From positions 600,001 through 632,000 of the forward strand of contig CP002278.1 in assembly GCA_000166095.1 (NCBI GenBank): 32,000 bases of DNA. The letters are read 5' to 3'. Position 1 is the first letter of the stretch. Every line of letters begins with the position of its first letter. Shown here in pieces: positions 18,891-30,443 of the stretch. This DNA comes from Methanothermus fervidus DSM 2088 (GTDB lineage Archaea > Methanobacteriota > Methanobacteria > DSM-2088 > Methanothermaceae). Position numbers and translations under genes: made by a program. Below the pieces are notes generated by a model, which did not search any database, was not told the DNA's origin, and saw only the letters and a list, made by a program, of their open reading frames with translations.

Positions 18891-19988
18891 TTACCTCTCT
18901 AATTCTCCCTTTATAAATTTATCAACCATTTCTGCAGCCTTTTCATCATCTATTTGTTTTGGAGGATGTTTCATAGTATAAGCAGAAATTGATATGAGTG
19001 GTCCTCCTATTTTCCTATCTAATGCCAATTTACAACATCTTATTGCATCAATAGCACTCCCTGCTGAATTTGGAGAATCTTCAACACTTAAACGTAATTC
19101 TAGATCTATAGGAACATCTCCAAATATTTTACCTTCCATCCTTAAAAAACAAATTTTATTGTCTTTTAACCAAGGAACATAATCACTAGGACCAATATGA
19201 ATGTTTTCAGGCTCCAATCTGTTTTTACCAAGTATTGATTGTACTGCCTCTGTTTTTGATTTTTTCTTAGAATCCAATCTTTTATGGTTTAACATGTTTA
19301 GAAAATCTGTATTTCCTCCTATGTTCAACTGATAAGTTCTTTCTAACTTCACACCTCTTTTTTTAAATAAATTTGCAAGTGCTCTATGTGTTATAGTAGC
19401 ACCTATTTGAGACTTTATATCATCGCCAACAACAGGCAGGTTATTTTTTTCAAATTTTGCAGCCCATTTTGGATCACTGGCTATAAACACAGGTATATTA
19501 TTTATAAAACCTACTCCTGCCTCTATTGCACATTGTGCATAATATCTACTAGCCTCTTCAGAACCTACTGGTAAATAATTTAACAATATTTCAGCTCCAG
19601 AATCTTCCAAAACTTCAGTCACATTCACAGGTTTTTCATCTGCCACAACAAAAGTAAATTTTTCATCATAATTGTACATATGTTTTGCAACACCATCCAT
19701 CACAGGCCCCATGCAAACTTCAACACCTAATTTTGGAATATCATCATAAAATATTTTTGTACAATTTGGTGGTGAAAAAATAGCTTCGCTAACATCTTTT
19801 CCTACTTTTCTTTTATCTATATCAAATGCTGCCACAATCTCTATATCTCCTGGTTTATATCCACCTATATCCCAATGCATCAATCCTACACAATCTTCTT
19901 CTCCCTTATTTCTATAATAATAAATGCCTTGGATTAAAGCACTCGCACAATTACCTAAGCCAGCTATGGCAACCTTTATTTTACTCAC
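18891..19988 (-). CDS. ino1: Myo-inositol-1-phosphate synthase
   Basis: VAIAGLGNCASALIQGIYYYR, VVAFDIDKRKVG-like region, KSQIGATITHR (read as DDIKSQIGATITHRAL), NIGGNTDFLNM, APNSAGSAIDAIRCCKLA-like C-terminus. GTG start at 19988 preceded by AGGTG. Confidence 0.9.
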   Translation of the reverse strand: MSKIKVAIAGLGNCASALIQGIYYYRNKGEEDCVGLMHWDIGGYKPGDIEIVAAFDIDKRKVGKDVSEAIFSPPNCTKIFYDDIPKLGVEVCMGPVMDGVAKHMYNYDEKFTFVVADEKPVNVTEVLEDSGAEILLNYLPVGSEEASRYYAQCAIEAGVGFINNIPVFIASDPKWAAKFEKNNLPVVGDDIKSQIGATITHRALANLFKKRGVKLERTYQLNIGGNTDFLNMLNHKRLDSKKKSKTEAVQSILGKNRLEPENIHIGPSDYVPWLKDNKICFLRMEGKIFGDVPIDLELRLSVEDSPNSAGSAIDAIRCCKLALDRKIGGPLISISAYTMKHPPKQIDDEKAAEMVDKFIKGELER

Positions 19989-20000
19989 ATGAAACACCTG

Positions 20001-20798
20001 CTATATGTTTATTGTTAAACCTGTTTGTAGTTTCATTACATTACCTATTTTTGATTTTAAAACATTATATGCATTTTCACCAGTGCAATGCCCTGTGTAG
20101 ATCATCTGTATTGGGTATTCTGAAAGTTTATCAGCAATAAACTTTATTTTTTCTGTACTTAAATTTATCATGTGAAAGCCTCCTATGAGAAGTTTTATAG
20201 TTTTATTCCCAAAATGTCTATAGGCAGTATCTACAATATTTAAGATCCCGTTGTGTGAACATCCAGTTATAATTGATATCCAATTTTTTTCTTCTATGAC
20301 TAAAAATAATTCATGGGAAAAATCGTCAAGTATCAAGTTTTTATTTGATTTTTTATATAAAGGTTCTTTATACTGGGGAAACTTTTTATTTATTTCAGTT
20401 ATTACATGAATATTTCCAAAACTTTTGTTTTTACTGAGGAATTTTATTCTTTTTTCTTTTTCAATGTTTAGACCAATTTCTCGCCAGCTCCCATCATCTT
20501 TTGCATAATATTTATTTACAGCCTCTTTTTTTAAATAAACATTGGCTTTTTGATTTTCCTTTAGAAAATATGGAAGTCCCCCACCATGATCATAATGTCC
20601 ATGGGAAATAAATGCAATATCTACATCCCTAATATCTATACCCAATTTTCTAGCATTTACAAGAAACAAGTCTGTTGCACCCATGTCAAAAAGTATATTT
20701 TTGTTTGAATAAATGTGTAAAGATAAACCATGTTCGGCTTTAAAATTAACATCTATACTACTATCTTCCACCAGACATGTTATTTGCATATTTTTCAC
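20001..20798 (-). CDS. Metallo-beta-lactamase-fold protein (7,8-dihydropterin-6-methyl-4-(beta-D-ribofuranosyl)-aminobenzene-5'-phosphate synthase-like family)
   Basis: ILFDMGATDLFLVNARKLGIDIRDVDIAFISHGHYDHGGGL; later ITGCSHNGILNIV and TGHCTG. Confidence 0.75.
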   Translation of the reverse strand: MKNMQITCLVEDSSIDVNFKAEHGLSLHIYSNKNILFDMGATDLFLVNARKLGIDIRDVDIAFISHGHYDHGGGLPYFLKENQKANVYLKKEAVNKYYAKDDGSWREIGLNIEKEKRIKFLSKNKSFGNIHVITEINKKFPQYKEPLYKKSNKNLILDDFSHELFLVIEEKNWISIITGCSHNGILNIVDTAYRHFGNKTIKLLIGGFHMINLSTEKIKFIADKLSEYPIQMIYTGHCTGENAYNVLKSKIGNVMKLQTGLTINI

Positions 20799-20818
20799 CT
20801 TTAAGGAGGGGTTAATTT

Positions 20819-21640
20819 ATGAATGTGTACATTGAAATATTAAGACCTATTAACGCTCTTATGGCCACAATAGCAGTAATTATAGTCGCCATAATATCAA
20901 AAAATTTTGGATTTAATGTAATTTTAGGATCTTTAATAGTTTTTTTAGTTACGGGTGCTGGAAACGTTATTAACGATTATTTTGATCGTGAAATAGACAT
21001 GATAAATAAACCAAATAGACCAATTCCTTCTGGAAGAATAAAAGCTAAAATAGCTTTAATATATTCTCTTGCATTATTTTTAATTGCTGTATTTCTTTCA
21101 TTCTTATTAAGACCTATAATCACCTTCATTGTTATTGTAGCAGAAGCTTTATTAATACTTTATGCTTATAAATTAAAAAGAAAATGCTTAATAGGTAATG
21201 TTGTTGTTTCATTTTTAACATCTTTAACATTTATTTTTGCTGGCATAATTGTTAATTTATTTTTAACCTCATTTTATATAGCAATTTTTGCATTTTTAAT
21301 GACAATGGCTAGAGAAATTGTAAAAGATATAGAAGATATAGAGGGTGATAAAGTAATGGGAGCCAAAACTATGCCAATAGTTTATGGAACTGAAATTTCA
21401 GGAAAGACTGCAGCAATATTGATTATTTTGACGGCTTTACTTAGCCCTGTTCTTTATTTATTAAAAATATTTGGTAATCTATATATCCTATTTTTATCTT
21501 TTGCAATAATTTTATTCCTAAAATCCGCATTTGATATTTTTAAAAAACAAGATAAAAAAACTGCTAGGCAAACATCTAAATATCTTAAAATTGGAATGAT
21601 AATAACATTTCTTGCATTTATAGCCGGTAGTATTGCATAA
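20819..21640 (+). CDS. UbiA prenyltransferase, probable digeranylgeranylglyceryl phosphate synthase
   Basis: RPINALMA, NVINDYFDREIDMINKPNRPIPSG, AREIVKDIEDIEGDKVMGAKTMPI. Confidence 0.88.
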   Translation: MNVYIEILRPINALMATIAVIIVAIISKNFGFNVILGSLIVFLVTGAGNVINDYFDREIDMINKPNRPIPSGRIKAKIALIYSLALFLIAVFLSFLLRPIITFIVIVAEALLILYAYKLKRKCLIGNVVVSFLTSLTFIFAGIIVNLFLTSFYIAIFAFLMTMAREIVKDIEDIEGDKVMGAKTMPIVYGTEISGKTAAILIILTALLSPVLYLLKIFGNLYILFLSFAIILFLKSAFDIFKKQDKKTARQTSKYLKIGMIITFLAFIAGSIA

Positions 21641-22933
21641 TTAAGCAGTTATATGAATATCTTTTACATAAAACTTAGGTATTATAAATGGTCCAATTTG
21701 TCTAATTTTGGATTTTATGGCATTTAATTTTTTTAACATTGAAAAAACATTTCCAAATATCATTATATCTTTTATTGGATATTTTATTTCACCATTTTCA
21801 ATTAAAAACGCATTATTAGCTTTGACAGAAAAATCTCCTGATATTGGATTTGCAGTATGAGCTCCTAATACATCATATACCAATATTGCTCTTTTGATCT
21901 CTGACATTTTTATTTTTTCTTCAAAATCAAAAATTAAATTTGTAGGTGAAACTTTAGGTGTTTCTGAAAATGAAGATCTTAATCCGTTCCCAGTACTTTT
22001 TTTGTTTTCTTTTTTTGCAGTGTAAAGATCATACATAAATCCTTTTAAGATTCCTTTTTTAATCAATGTTGTATTTTGGGATGGGACACCCTCATCATCA
22101 AAAGATGATGAATTAATACCTTTATCAACGATGCCATTATCATATACAGTAAGATTTGACGTTGCAACTTTTTGATTAATTTTATTTGCAAATATAGATC
22201 TTCCTCTTTGCACATTATCTGAATTTAAAGCATTTACTAATGGATCTAAAAGAGAAGATGCAGCATGATAATCGAAAACAACGTCTATATTACAAGTTTC
22301 AAAACTTTTAGGTTTTAAAGACTCAATTGCAATGTTACAAGCTCTTTCAGCAATTTTTGGATCTAAATCCATCATCCTTGATGAATCAGACTCATGTGCA
22401 CTACTTTTATTTTCATTTCCAGTATTAACAGATAGATATGCTGAAAAGGTCGTGGATTTTTCATAACATTCAACATCATTTGAATTCACGATCGTCACTT
22501 CATTAAGAGATGCTGAAAATCCTCCTGTCACCAAATTACAATTTTTTTCTTTACATATTTCTATCATTTCTTTTACAAACTCATATTTAATTTCATCTTC
22601 AAAAAATTTTGGATCATATATGTTTTCAGGCTTTTTATATTTAGATGGTTTTGCAAAATTAAAATTTTTATCTTTTACATTGGAGTTAGCATTTTTCACA
22701 CAATTTTCTATCATTTTATCTATCTTTTTAATATCTGAGGTATATGAAAATCCTAATTTGTTATTTTTGATTATTCTTAATCCAATGCCAAAGCTAGAAC
22801 CTTCCCAAGATAAATCAATCTTGTTGTCTCTAATTTGTATTTCCTGGCTTTTTCCTTTTTCTAAAAAAACTTCTGCATCATCTGCATAAATCATGGCCTT
22901 TTTTAAAATTTCATCTGCTAATTCTATCATCAT
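21641..22933 (-). CDS. TldD/PmbA-family metalloprotease-like protein
   Basis: AEVFLEKGKSQEIQIRDNKID, YDLYTAKKENKKSTGNGLRSSF, AHTANPISGDFSVKANNAFLIENGEI. Confidence 0.88.
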   Translation of the reverse strand: MMIELADEILKKAMIYADDAEVFLEKGKSQEIQIRDNKIDLSWEGSSFGIGLRIIKNNKLGFSYTSDIKKIDKMIENCVKNANSNVKDKNFNFAKPSKYKKPENIYDPKFFEDEIKYEFVKEMIEICKEKNCNLVTGGFSASLNEVTIVNSNDVECYEKSTTFSAYLSVNTGNENKSSAHESDSSRMMDLDPKIAERACNIAIESLKPKSFETCNIDVVFDYHAASSLLDPLVNALNSDNVQRGRSIFANKINQKVATSNLTVYDNGIVDKGINSSSFDDEGVPSQNTTLIKKGILKGFMYDLYTAKKENKKSTGNGLRSSFSETPKVSPTNLIFDFEEKIKMSEIKRAILVYDVLGAHTANPISGDFSVKANNAFLIENGEIKYPIKDIMIFGNVFSMLKKLNAIKSKIRQIGPFIIPKFYVKDIHITA

Positions 22934-23006
22934 GACACCCTATAATTTTTAATAACAATAAAACTATAATAAAATATAAAATCTTCTAAATTTTTGGAGG
23001 AATGTT

Positions 23007-24140
23007 ATGAAATATTGCGCTGAACAAAGACTTGCTAAAAAAAGCCTAAATATTAATCCAATACAAAGAGGAGGAATATTAACACCAGAAGCTAAAGTTG
23101 CATTACATGAGTTTGAGGATGGGTATAGTGTATGTGACTATTGTGAAGGAAGATTAGATAAGATAAATAAACCACCTATCCATGAGTTTCTAGAAGAATT
23201 TTCAAAGTTTATTAATGTTGATATTGTTAGGCCCACTCATGGCGCTAGAGAAGGTAAATTCATAGTTATACATTCTCTTTGTGAAGAAGGGGATAAAATA
23301 GTTGTAGATGGAAATGCTCACTATACAACATATGTGGCTGCCGAAAGAAATAAAACAGATACTATTGTTGTTCCACATAGTGGATATCCTAATTATGAAA
23401 TAAAGGTTGAGAAATGGAAAGAAACATTAGACAACGTACTAGACAAATATGACAATGTTAAACTTGCAATTTTAACACATGTGGATGGAAATTATGGAAA
23501 CCTTACAGATGCTAAAAAAATTGGAAAGATTTGTAGGAGGAAAGGAATACCTCTTTTACTTAATTGCGCATATACGATGGGAAGAATGCCAATAAATGCA
23601 AAAAAATTAAAAGCAGATTTTGTTGTGGGAAGTGGTCATAAAAGTATGGCAGCCTCAGGACCCATTGGAATACTTGGATTGAGTGAAGAATGGGAAGATG
23701 AAATACTTCGCAAATCAAAAAAATATCCAAATAAAGAAATTGAACTTCTTGGTTGTACAAGCCGCGGTGCGCCTATAGTAACTTTAATGGCATCATTTCC
23801 ACATGTAAAAGAAAGAGTGAAAAACTGGGACCAAGAAGTTAAAAAAACACGTTATTTTGTTAAAGAAATGGAAAAAATAGAAGGAATAAAACAACTTGGT
23901 ATAAAACCAAAGATGCATGATTTAGTAAATTTTGAGACACCTATATTTGAAAAAATAAGTAAAAAACATCCAAAAAAAGGTTATTTCCTCTATCACGAAT
24001 TAAAAAAGAGAAATATTACTGGTGTAAAGCCAGGATATACAAAAACACTTAAATGTAGTGTATATAGGATGGATAAAGAACAAATAGATTATATAATTAA
24101 TTCATTTAGAGAAATAGTTGACGCCGGGATTGGGATTTGA
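23007..24140 (+). CDS. pscS: O-phospho-L-seryl-tRNA:Cys-tRNA synthase (SepCysS)
   Basis: [19 protein letters not shown] pair, [39 protein letters not shown], third Cys in LLGCTSRG. Confidence 0.93.
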   Translation: MKYCAEQRLAKKSLNINPIQRGGILTPEAKVALHEFEDGYSVCDYCEGRLDKINKPPIHEFLEEFSKFINVDIVRPTHGAREGKFIVIHSLCEEGDKIVVDGNAHYTTYVAAERNKTDTIVVPHSGYPNYEIKVEKWKETLDNVLDKYDNVKLAILTHVDGNYGNLTDAKKIGKICRRKGIPLLLNCAYTMGRMPINAKKLKADFVVGSGHKSMAASGPIGILGLSEEWEDEILRKSKKYPNKEIELLGCTSRGAPIVTLMASFPHVKERVKNWDQEVKKTRYFVKEMEKIEGIKQLGIKPKMHDLVNFETPIFEKISKKHPKKGYFLYHELKKRNITGVKPGYTKTLKCSVYRMDKEQIDYIINSFREIVDAGIGI

Positions 24141-24206
24141 ACCCAAGATGAGCATTGCTCAACAGGATTTCGAATCCTGCGCCTTACCTGGCTAGGCTAT
24201 CCCGAC
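24122..24206 (-). tRNA. tRNA-Ser (anticodon CGA)
   Basis: Minus strand: acceptor GTCGGGA/TCCCGGC, D-arm GCCTAGCCAGGTAAGGC, anticodon stem CAGGA-TTCGAAA-TCCTG, long variable arm, T-arm TGGG-TTCAAAT-CCCA, discriminator G. No encoded CCA. Confidence 0.93.
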
Positions 24207-24207
24207 A

Positions 24208-24293
<86 letters not shown>

Positions 24294-24340
24294 ATCTATT
24301 AATTATCTACTAAATTTCTAATATTTAAGTATTAACCTTC

Positions 24341-24649
24341 TTAACCTTTTAATTCTATCTCTATATTTACGTTATCAGGCACGCTGACTTTCATTATTTG
24401 ACGCATAGTTCTTTCATCTGCTTCAACAGTTATAAGTCTTTTATGTATTCTCATTTCCCACTTTTCCCAAGTAGCACTGCCTTCACCATCTGGTGATTTT
24501 CTTGTAGGCACTACTAATCTTTTTGTAGGTAATGGTATCGGCCCTGACATTTCAGCTCCAGTTCTCTCTGCTATTTTTTTGACTTGTTCACATACATATT
24601 CTAATTTTTTTGGGTCTGTCCCTGTTAATTTAATTCTTGCCTCTTGCAT
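24341..24649 (-). CDS. rps10: Ribosomal protein uS10
   Basis: [61 protein letters not shown] at 24649 preceded by GGAGG; the track start 24664 is a TTG and its strand label ('+') is wrong. Confidence 0.94.
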   Translation of the reverse strand: MQEARIKLTGTDPKKLEYVCEQVKKIAERTGAEMSGPIPLPTKRLVVPTRKSPDGEGSATWEKWEMRIHKRLITVEADERTMRQIMKVSVPDNVNIEIELKG

Positions 24650-24688
24650 AAAAAAATCCTCCAAAAAAATTAATTAAGGGAAAGGGGA

Positions 24689-25927
24689 TTATCTTGGAAC
24701 TACGTCTATACACATTCCTGCTGCAACAGTTTGACCCATGTCTCTAATTGCAAACCTACCTAACTGAGGAATATCTTTAATCTTCTCAATTACCAGTGGT
24801 TTGGTTGGTTTAACTTTTACTACTGCAGCATCGCCAGTCTTTAAAAAGTCAGGATTTTCCTCTTGTACTTCACCTGTTGCTGGATTTATCTTTTGTTTTA
24901 ATTCTGTTAAGGTACAGGCTACTTGTGCTGTGTGACAATGGAAAACTGGTGTGTATCCTACAGTTATTGCACCCGGATGCTGTAAGACAACTATTTGGGC
25001 TGTAAATTCTTTTGCAACAGTTGGTGGTGAATCTGTGTGCCCTGCTACATCTCCTCTTCTTATATCATCTTTTCCAACGCCTCTGACATTGAAACCTATG
25101 TTGTCTCCGGGTTCTGCTTTTTCCATTGCTTCATGATGCATTTCAATAGATTTTACTTCTCCACTAACACCTGGTGGTTCAAAAACAACTGTGTCACCAA
25201 CTTTTAAAACACCTGTTTCTACTCTTCCAACAGGGACTGTTCCAACACCAGTAATTGAATAAACGTCTTGTACAGGTATTCGTAATGGTAAATCAATTGG
25301 CTTCTCTGGTGGCTTTAATGTATCTAATGATTCTAGAAATGTTGGTCCATCGTACCATCCCATATTTTCGCTTTTTTCAGTTATATTGTCTCCTTTAAAT
25401 GCTGAAAGAGGTACAAATGGTATTTCATCTGGTTTGTAACCTACAATTTTAAGTAGGTCACTTACTTCTTTCTTCAATTCTTTAAATCTACCCTCATCGT
25501 AATCCACTAAATCCATTTTATTAATTGCAACTATTAATTGGTTTATACCTAAAGTCCTAGCTAAAAATACATGTTCTTTTGTTTGTGGCATCACTCCATC
25601 ATCTGCAGCTACTACTAACACTGCTGCATCTGCTTGGGATGCACCTGTAATCATGTTTTTTACAAAGTCCCTGTGTCCAGGACAGTCAACTATTGTAAAT
25701 TCATATTTATCTGTTTCAAATTTTGCGTGTGCTAAATCAATTGTTACTCCTCTTTCTCTTTCTTCTCTTAATTTGTCCATTACATATCTAAATTTATCTT
25801 CTCCTTCACCTAACTTTTGTTCTGAAATCACTCCAGTTTTAAGTAAAAGGTGGCCAACCAATGTAGATTTTCCATGATCTACATGTCCAATGAAAGCCAA
25901 ATTAATGTGTTCCTTTTCTTTAGCCAC
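24689..25927 (-). CDS. tuf: Elongation factor 1-alpha (aEF-1A)
   Basis: [57 protein letters not shown] start at 25927 preceded by GGGAGG. The track strand label ('+') is wrong. Confidence 0.96.
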   Translation of the reverse strand: MAKEKEHINLAFIGHVDHGKSTLVGHLLLKTGVISEQKLGEGEDKFRYVMDKLREERERGVTIDLAHAKFETDKYEFTIVDCPGHRDFVKNMITGASQADAAVLVVAADDGVMPQTKEHVFLARTLGINQLIVAINKMDLVDYDEGRFKELKKEVSDLLKIVGYKPDEIPFVPLSAFKGDNITEKSENMGWYDGPTFLESLDTLKPPEKPIDLPLRIPVQDVYSITGVGTVPVGRVETGVLKVGDTVVFEPPGVSGEVKSIEMHHEAMEKAEPGDNIGFNVRGVGKDDIRRGDVAGHTDSPPTVAKEFTAQIVVLQHPGAITVGYTPVFHCHTAQVACTLTELKQKINPATGEVQEENPDFLKTGDAAVVKVKPTKPLVIEKIKDIPQLGRFAIRDMGQTVAAGMCIDVVPR

Positions 25928-26004
25928 AGTCTAACCTCCCTTAAACTTTGTTTTGTTTTTCTTGTTAATTCATGAAGTTTATATATCTTTTGGTTTATAA
26001 AAAA

Positions 26005-29000
26005 TTATTGTAGGTAATGATCAGCATCAAATGGTTCTGGAGATAAACCTTTCCTAGTCCTTATTTCTTTAATGACTTTTTCTTGCAGTTCATCTGGTAA
26101 TTTTTTAAATCCAGCATTTTCTGTTGACCATAGACATCGACCCTCTGTAGCTGACCTTATAGCTCCCGCAAATCCAAACATTTCAGCTACCGGCACTATA
26201 GCTTCTATTAACATTATGTCTCCTTCTTGGTTCATGTTAACTATTTGACCTCTCCTATTTTGAAGTTCGCGTGTTGCATTTCCCATATAATCATGAGGGA
26301 CATTTATAAATACTTTTTGTATTGGTTCTAAAAGTATAGGATCTGCCATCATCATTGCAGCATAAATTGCTCTCCTCACAGCAGGCATTACTTGTGCAGG
26401 ACCTCTATGTACAGGATCTTCATGGATCTTAGCATCTACAAGTTTAACTTTGATTCCCATTATCTTTTCATTAGCTAACGGTCCTTTATCCATTGCTTCT
26501 CTAAACCCTTTTATCAGTAATTCTCTAACTTCATCTAGATACTGAATACCTCTAGTCATATTTATAAACAAATTTTTCTCATAAACATCCCAAACTCTTT
26601 TTGCTTCATCTTTATCTAGTCCTGCCTCAATGAATTTTTTAGTCATTTCTTTTCCTCTTACTTGACCTTCTTTTATTTTACCTTCCGCAATTGCATTAAA
26701 CACAGATTCTTCAAGTGGTTCTACTGTTATGTAAAATCTGTTATGTTTATTTGGGGATTTACCTTCGACAGGCCCTGCTTCACCAGTTACTGTTTCTCTA
26801 TATACAACAATTGGCTCTGAAGTTTCAATGTCCACACCTTTTTCTTTTATACGATGTGCAATAACTTCAAGGTGTAATTCACCCATACCTGAAACAAGGT
26901 GTTCACCAGTCTCTTCATTAATTTCTACACTGATTGTAGGATCCTCTTTAGCCATTTGTCTCAAAACTTCAATTAATTTTGGTAAATCTTTTGTATTTTT
27001 AGCTTCCACTGCCACAGTAACCACAGGTTCTGAAATATGTTCAAGTGATTCAAATGCTTTTATCTTCCTCTCGCTATCACAAATAGTTTCACCTGCAAGT
27101 GCATTTTTTACGCCAGTTATCGCAACAATGTTGCCTGCTGGTACTTCCTCAGTATTTAACCTTTCTGGTCCCATGTATACTCCAACTTGCTGTACTCTTG
27201 ACTTACTTTGTGATGAAACAAGATATACTTCTTTTCCTTTCTTTATAGTACCACTATATATCCTACCTGTTGCTATCTCACCAGCATGTTTGTCTATTCG
27301 TACATCAGTGACCATAATTGCTAATGGACCTTCTGGATCTGTGTTAAGCATTGCTTGTCCTTCTTCACTTTCAATATCACCAGACCATATTTTTGGTACT
27401 CTGTATTTTTGAGCCTCTTTAGGACTTGGAAGATGTTTGACAACCATCTCTAAAACTACTTTATGTAAAGGAACTTTTTTAGCTAATTCATCTTGTTTTC
27501 CTTCTTTACAATATCTTATGATGTCATTGAAGTTTATCCCTGTCTTTTTCATCATTGGTACATTTATTGCCCATTTGTAGTATGCAGAACCAAATGCGAC
27601 GCTACCATCTTCTACACGAACTTGCCATTTATTTTTAAATTCTTTAGGAGCCATATTACGAATTAATTTATTTACATCAGTTATAATCTTAACAAATCTT
27701 TGTTGTAATTCCTCAGGGCTTAATTTAAGTTCATTGATTAATCTATCAACTTTATTTATGAATAAAATTGGTTTAACATTCTCACGAAGTGCTTGTCGTA
27801 ATACTGTCTCTGTTTGAGGCATTACACCTTCCACTGCGCAAACTACGACTATAGCACCATCTACAGCTCTCATAGCCCTTGTTACATCTCCTCCAAAATC
27901 TACATGTCCAGGAGTATCTATTAAATTGATTAAGTATTCTTCATTGTTGTACTTATGGACCATAGAGATGTTTGCAGCATCGATAGTTATTCCTCTTGCT
28001 TGTTCTTGTTCATCAAAATCTAAGAATAATTGTTCTCCTGCTAATTCAGCAGAAATCATTCCAGCGCCTGCTAGTAAGTTGTCTGATAATGTCGTATTAT
28101 GTACAATTACACCATTTGCTACAAAATTATGATATTTCTCTACTGTTAAATCATAGACATATTTTTCGTCGTTGATTCTGTTTATTTTCTTAACTTTCAC
28201 ATAAGAAACATCGTCACAAACTAATGGTTCTAAATCTTTCACATTTTTACTTTCTAAATTGTTGAAGATGTTTCGTAATTCATGTTTTGATATGCTTGTT
28301 TTATCTTCATTAATTATTTCTGAGATTTCTCTTGAGACTGGAATGTGGTCAATTTTTGAATCTATATTTTTCTTTAATAATTTGTTAAATTCTTTCTTCT
28401 TGTTAATGTCTGAAAATCCTATCTTCTTAAATCTGGTTAAAGAACTTTTACCTGTTATACACAACGTTCCATTATTTTCATTTATGGATGCTATATCAAA
28501 CTTATAGAGTAGTAATTGCAGTCTCTTTATAAATTCATTGTCAGATGAAATATAGATTCCATTATTTTTCACTATACCTCTAGTATCTACATATCCTCTT
28601 ATAAATGAAGAGATATATTTCTTAGGAGAAGTTTCTATGAATTTCCATGTAAATAAAGTATCTACAACTTTCTTAAATATTGATATATTTTTTAATTTTG
28701 TATTACCGCCAGCTTTAACAATACCTGCTAAATAATAAAATTTTGTGAATTCTTCAGTTGAATCTGGCAATCTTAATTTTTCACCATCACTAAATAATTC
28801 TTCATGTGAAATCCATTCTATATTATCATATCTTTTATCTTTTAAAAAACTTAATTTACAGGTGTCCCCATTGACACAAGCAATGAATCCTTCATCTTTA
28901 GATAAAATCTCAATAATCTTCTTTTTCAATTCTTCATTAGTTAAATCTTCATGATAAAGTTTCCTTGCAACGACTATATAATCGCCTTTCTTGATTTTGT

Positions 29001-29442
29001 CTGCTCTTTTCTCTATTATACCTTCTTCATTGTCAAACACAAGGAATTTATGTTCGGGCGTTGTTTTTATTTTATTTCCATTTTCTAAGTGAAGTTCAAC
29101 TAATGGATCTGTCTTCTTTAATTTCCATAGATGCGTTACTTTCCCTTTTACAATTTTATTTTCTTTTTTATCTAAGCTACTTACATGTATTCCAAATCCA
29201 TCAACGTCTATTACTTTTTCATTTTTTTCTTCTTTGATGATCCTTCCCTTATTTTCAAATTTTTTAAATAATTCTGATGCCTTAACATTTTCCCCTGTTG
29301 CAAGAGATATTAAACTGTCTCCTGATACACATTTACCATGATCGATGTGAGCAACTATTCCAATGTTTCTAATATTATCTGGTTTATGCATTAATTCTTT
29401 GATTTTATTAATCATTTTAGCACGTCTACTCAAAATAATCAC
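26005..29442 (-). CDS. fusA: Elongation factor 2 precursor containing an in-frame intein
   Basis: Exteins: [13 protein letters not shown] | [22 protein letters not shown] ... [18 protein letters not shown] ... [24 protein letters not shown]. About 733 aa after removing the 412-aa insert. Start uncertain (GTG 29442, TTG 29433 or ATG 29415). Confidence 0.96.
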   Translation of the reverse strand: MIILSRRAKMINKIKELMHKPDNIRNIGIVAHIDHGKCVSGDSLISLATGENVKASELFKKFENKGRIIKEEKNEKVIDVDGFGIHVSSLDKKENKIVKGKVTHLWKLKKTDPLVELHLENGNKIKTTPEHKFLVFDNEEGIIEKRADKIKKGDYIVVARKLYHEDLTNEELKKKIIEILSKDEGFIACVNGDTCKLSFLKDKRYDNIEWISHEELFSDGEKLRLPDSTEEFTKFYYLAGIVKAGGNTKLKNISIFKKVVDTLFTWKFIETSPKKYISSFIRGYVDTRGIVKNNGIYISSDNEFIKRLQLLLYKFDIASINENNGTLCITGKSSLTRFKKIGFSDINKKKEFNKLLKKNIDSKIDHIPVSREISEIINEDKTSISKHELRNIFNNLESKNVKDLEPLVCDDVSYVKVKKINRINDEKYVYDLTVEKYHNFVANGVIVHNTTLSDNLLAGAGMISAELAGEQLFLDFDEQEQARGITIDAANISMVHKYNNEEYLINLIDTPGHVDFGGDVTRAMRAVDGAIVVVCAVEGVMPQTETVLRQALRENVKPILFINKVDRLINELKLSPEELQQRFVKIITDVNKLIRNMAPKEFKNKWQVRVEDGSVAFGSAYYKWAINVPMMKKTGINFNDIIRYCKEGKQDELAKKVPLHKVVLEMVVKHLPSPKEAQKYRVPKIWSGDIESEEGQAMLNTDPEGPLAIMVTDVRIDKHAGEIATGRIYSGTIKKGKEVYLVSSQSKSRVQQVGVYMGPERLNTEEVPAGNIVAITGVKNALAGETICDSERKIKAFESLEHISEPVVTVAVEAKNTKDLPKLIEVLRQMAKEDPTISVEINEETGEHLVSGMGELHLEVIAHRIKEKGVDIETSEPIVVYRETVTGEAGPVEGKSPNKHNRFYITVEPLEESVFNAIAEGKIKEGQVRGKEMTKKFIEAGLDKDEAKRVWDVYEKNLFINMTRGIQYLDEVRELLIKGFREAMDKGPLANEKIMGIKVKLVDAKIHEDPVHRGPAQVMPAVRRAIYAAMMMADPILLEPIQKVFINVPHDYMGNATRELQNRRGQIVNMNQEGDIMLIEAIVPVAEMFGFAGAIRSATEGRCLWSTENAGFKKLPDELQEKVIKEIRTRKGLSPEPFDADHYLQ
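28096..29331 (-). other. Intein (412 aa) in the EF-2 P-loop, with degenerate LAGLIDADG endonuclease domain
   Basis: Starts [13 protein letters not shown] (block A), has [10 protein letters not shown] (block B), LAGIVKAGG and IRGYVDTRG (degenerate LAGLIDADG), [18 protein letters not shown] (block F), ends VIVHN followed by Thr. Confidence 0.95.
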
Positions 29443-29443
29443 C

Positions 29444-30001
29444 TTATCTAGCAGATCTTGCTATTCTTTCTTTTTCTTCTTTTTTCTGTACAGCAAAACT
29501 TCTTGTGTCATTATTGGCAGCTAAAATTATTTCATCTGCTAAACATTCTTCAATGGATTTTTTACTTTTAAATGATGATTGTAATGCACCTTTAGCAATG
29601 AACATTAAAGCTAAATCTAATCTTCTTTGAGGAGCGACGTCTACAGCTACTTGATAAGCTATACCTCCATATTTAACTCTTGTTGTTTCTTCTCGAGGAG
29701 CAGAATTTTCAATTGCATCTACGAGTACCTGTATTGGATTCTTTTTTGTTCTCTTTTCTATTATTTCAAAAGCTTTCTTAACGATATTGTATGCTTTATT
29801 TTTTTTACCTGTGTTTCTAGCGGTTCTCATCATTTTATTTATTAATCTTTCAACTATTGGAACTTCAGCTTTTCCAAATCGTTTCTTAGCATGTCTTCCC
29901 ATTGTATGTGGAACCAAAACTTTTTTTAATGATATATATCTAGCTAATCCCATATCTCTCACTTTAACTTCCTTAGGATCCCATCTTTCATATAGAAACA
30001 T
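29444..30001 (-). CDS. rps7: Ribosomal protein uS7
   Basis: [61 protein letters not shown]. Confidence 0.94.
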   Translation of the reverse strand: MFLYERWDPKEVKVRDMGLARYISLKKVLVPHTMGRHAKKRFGKAEVPIVERLINKMMRTARNTGKKNKAYNIVKKAFEIIEKRTKKNPIQVLVDAIENSAPREETTRVKYGGIAYQVAVDVAPQRRLDLALMFIAKGALQSSFKSKKSIEECLADEIILAANNDTRSFAVQKKEEKERIARSAR

Positions 30002-30006
30002 CTTAA

Positions 30007-30432
30007 TTACCTCACTGGTTTTTCTTTTCTACCTCTAACTAATTCTTGCAATGAAACTCCATTGACTTTAACGACTTTCCATCTTACTCCAGGTATATCA
30101 CCCATCGCTCTTCCTTCTGGTCCTCCTATTCCTTCCACTATCACCTCATCATGTTCATCTATGTAATTGATAGCACCGTCACCTGGAGCAAAAGCTGTTA
30201 TTTGTTTTCCATTTTTGATTAGCTGCACTCTTACACATTTCCTAATAGCTGAGTTTGGCTGTTTTGCTTCAATTCCTACTTTTTCGATGACAATGCCTCT
30301 TGCTTGAGGTGCCCCCTCTAAAGGATCTGCTTTAACATCTAAACGTAACATCCTTCTCTTATAATGTTTATCTTTCCATCTAAATTTTTTTCTGTTTGCT
30401 TTGAGTTTTCTGGCTGCAAATAGCCCTGGCAT
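30007..30432 (-). CDS. rps12: Ribosomal protein uS12
   Basis: [61 protein letters not shown]. Confidence 0.96.
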   Translation of the reverse strand: MPGLFAARKLKANRKKFRWKDKHYKRRMLRLDVKADPLEGAPQARGIVIEKVGIEAKQPNSAIRKCVRVQLIKNGKQITAFAPGDGAINYIDEHDEVIVEGIGGPEGRAMGDIPGVRWKVVKVNGVSLQELVRGRKEKPVR

Positions 30433-30443
30433 TTTTACTCCTC

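Noticed and set aside
26828-27412. Plus-strand 194-aa ORF inside the EF-2 gene, and many similar ORFs antisense to other genes (e.g. 7265..7945, 22620..22889, 19826..20140, 15212..15574).
   Set aside because: They lie fully antisense to strongly conserved genes, have low-complexity or unfamily-like sequence, and often use non-ATG starts. Best explained as shadow ORFs.
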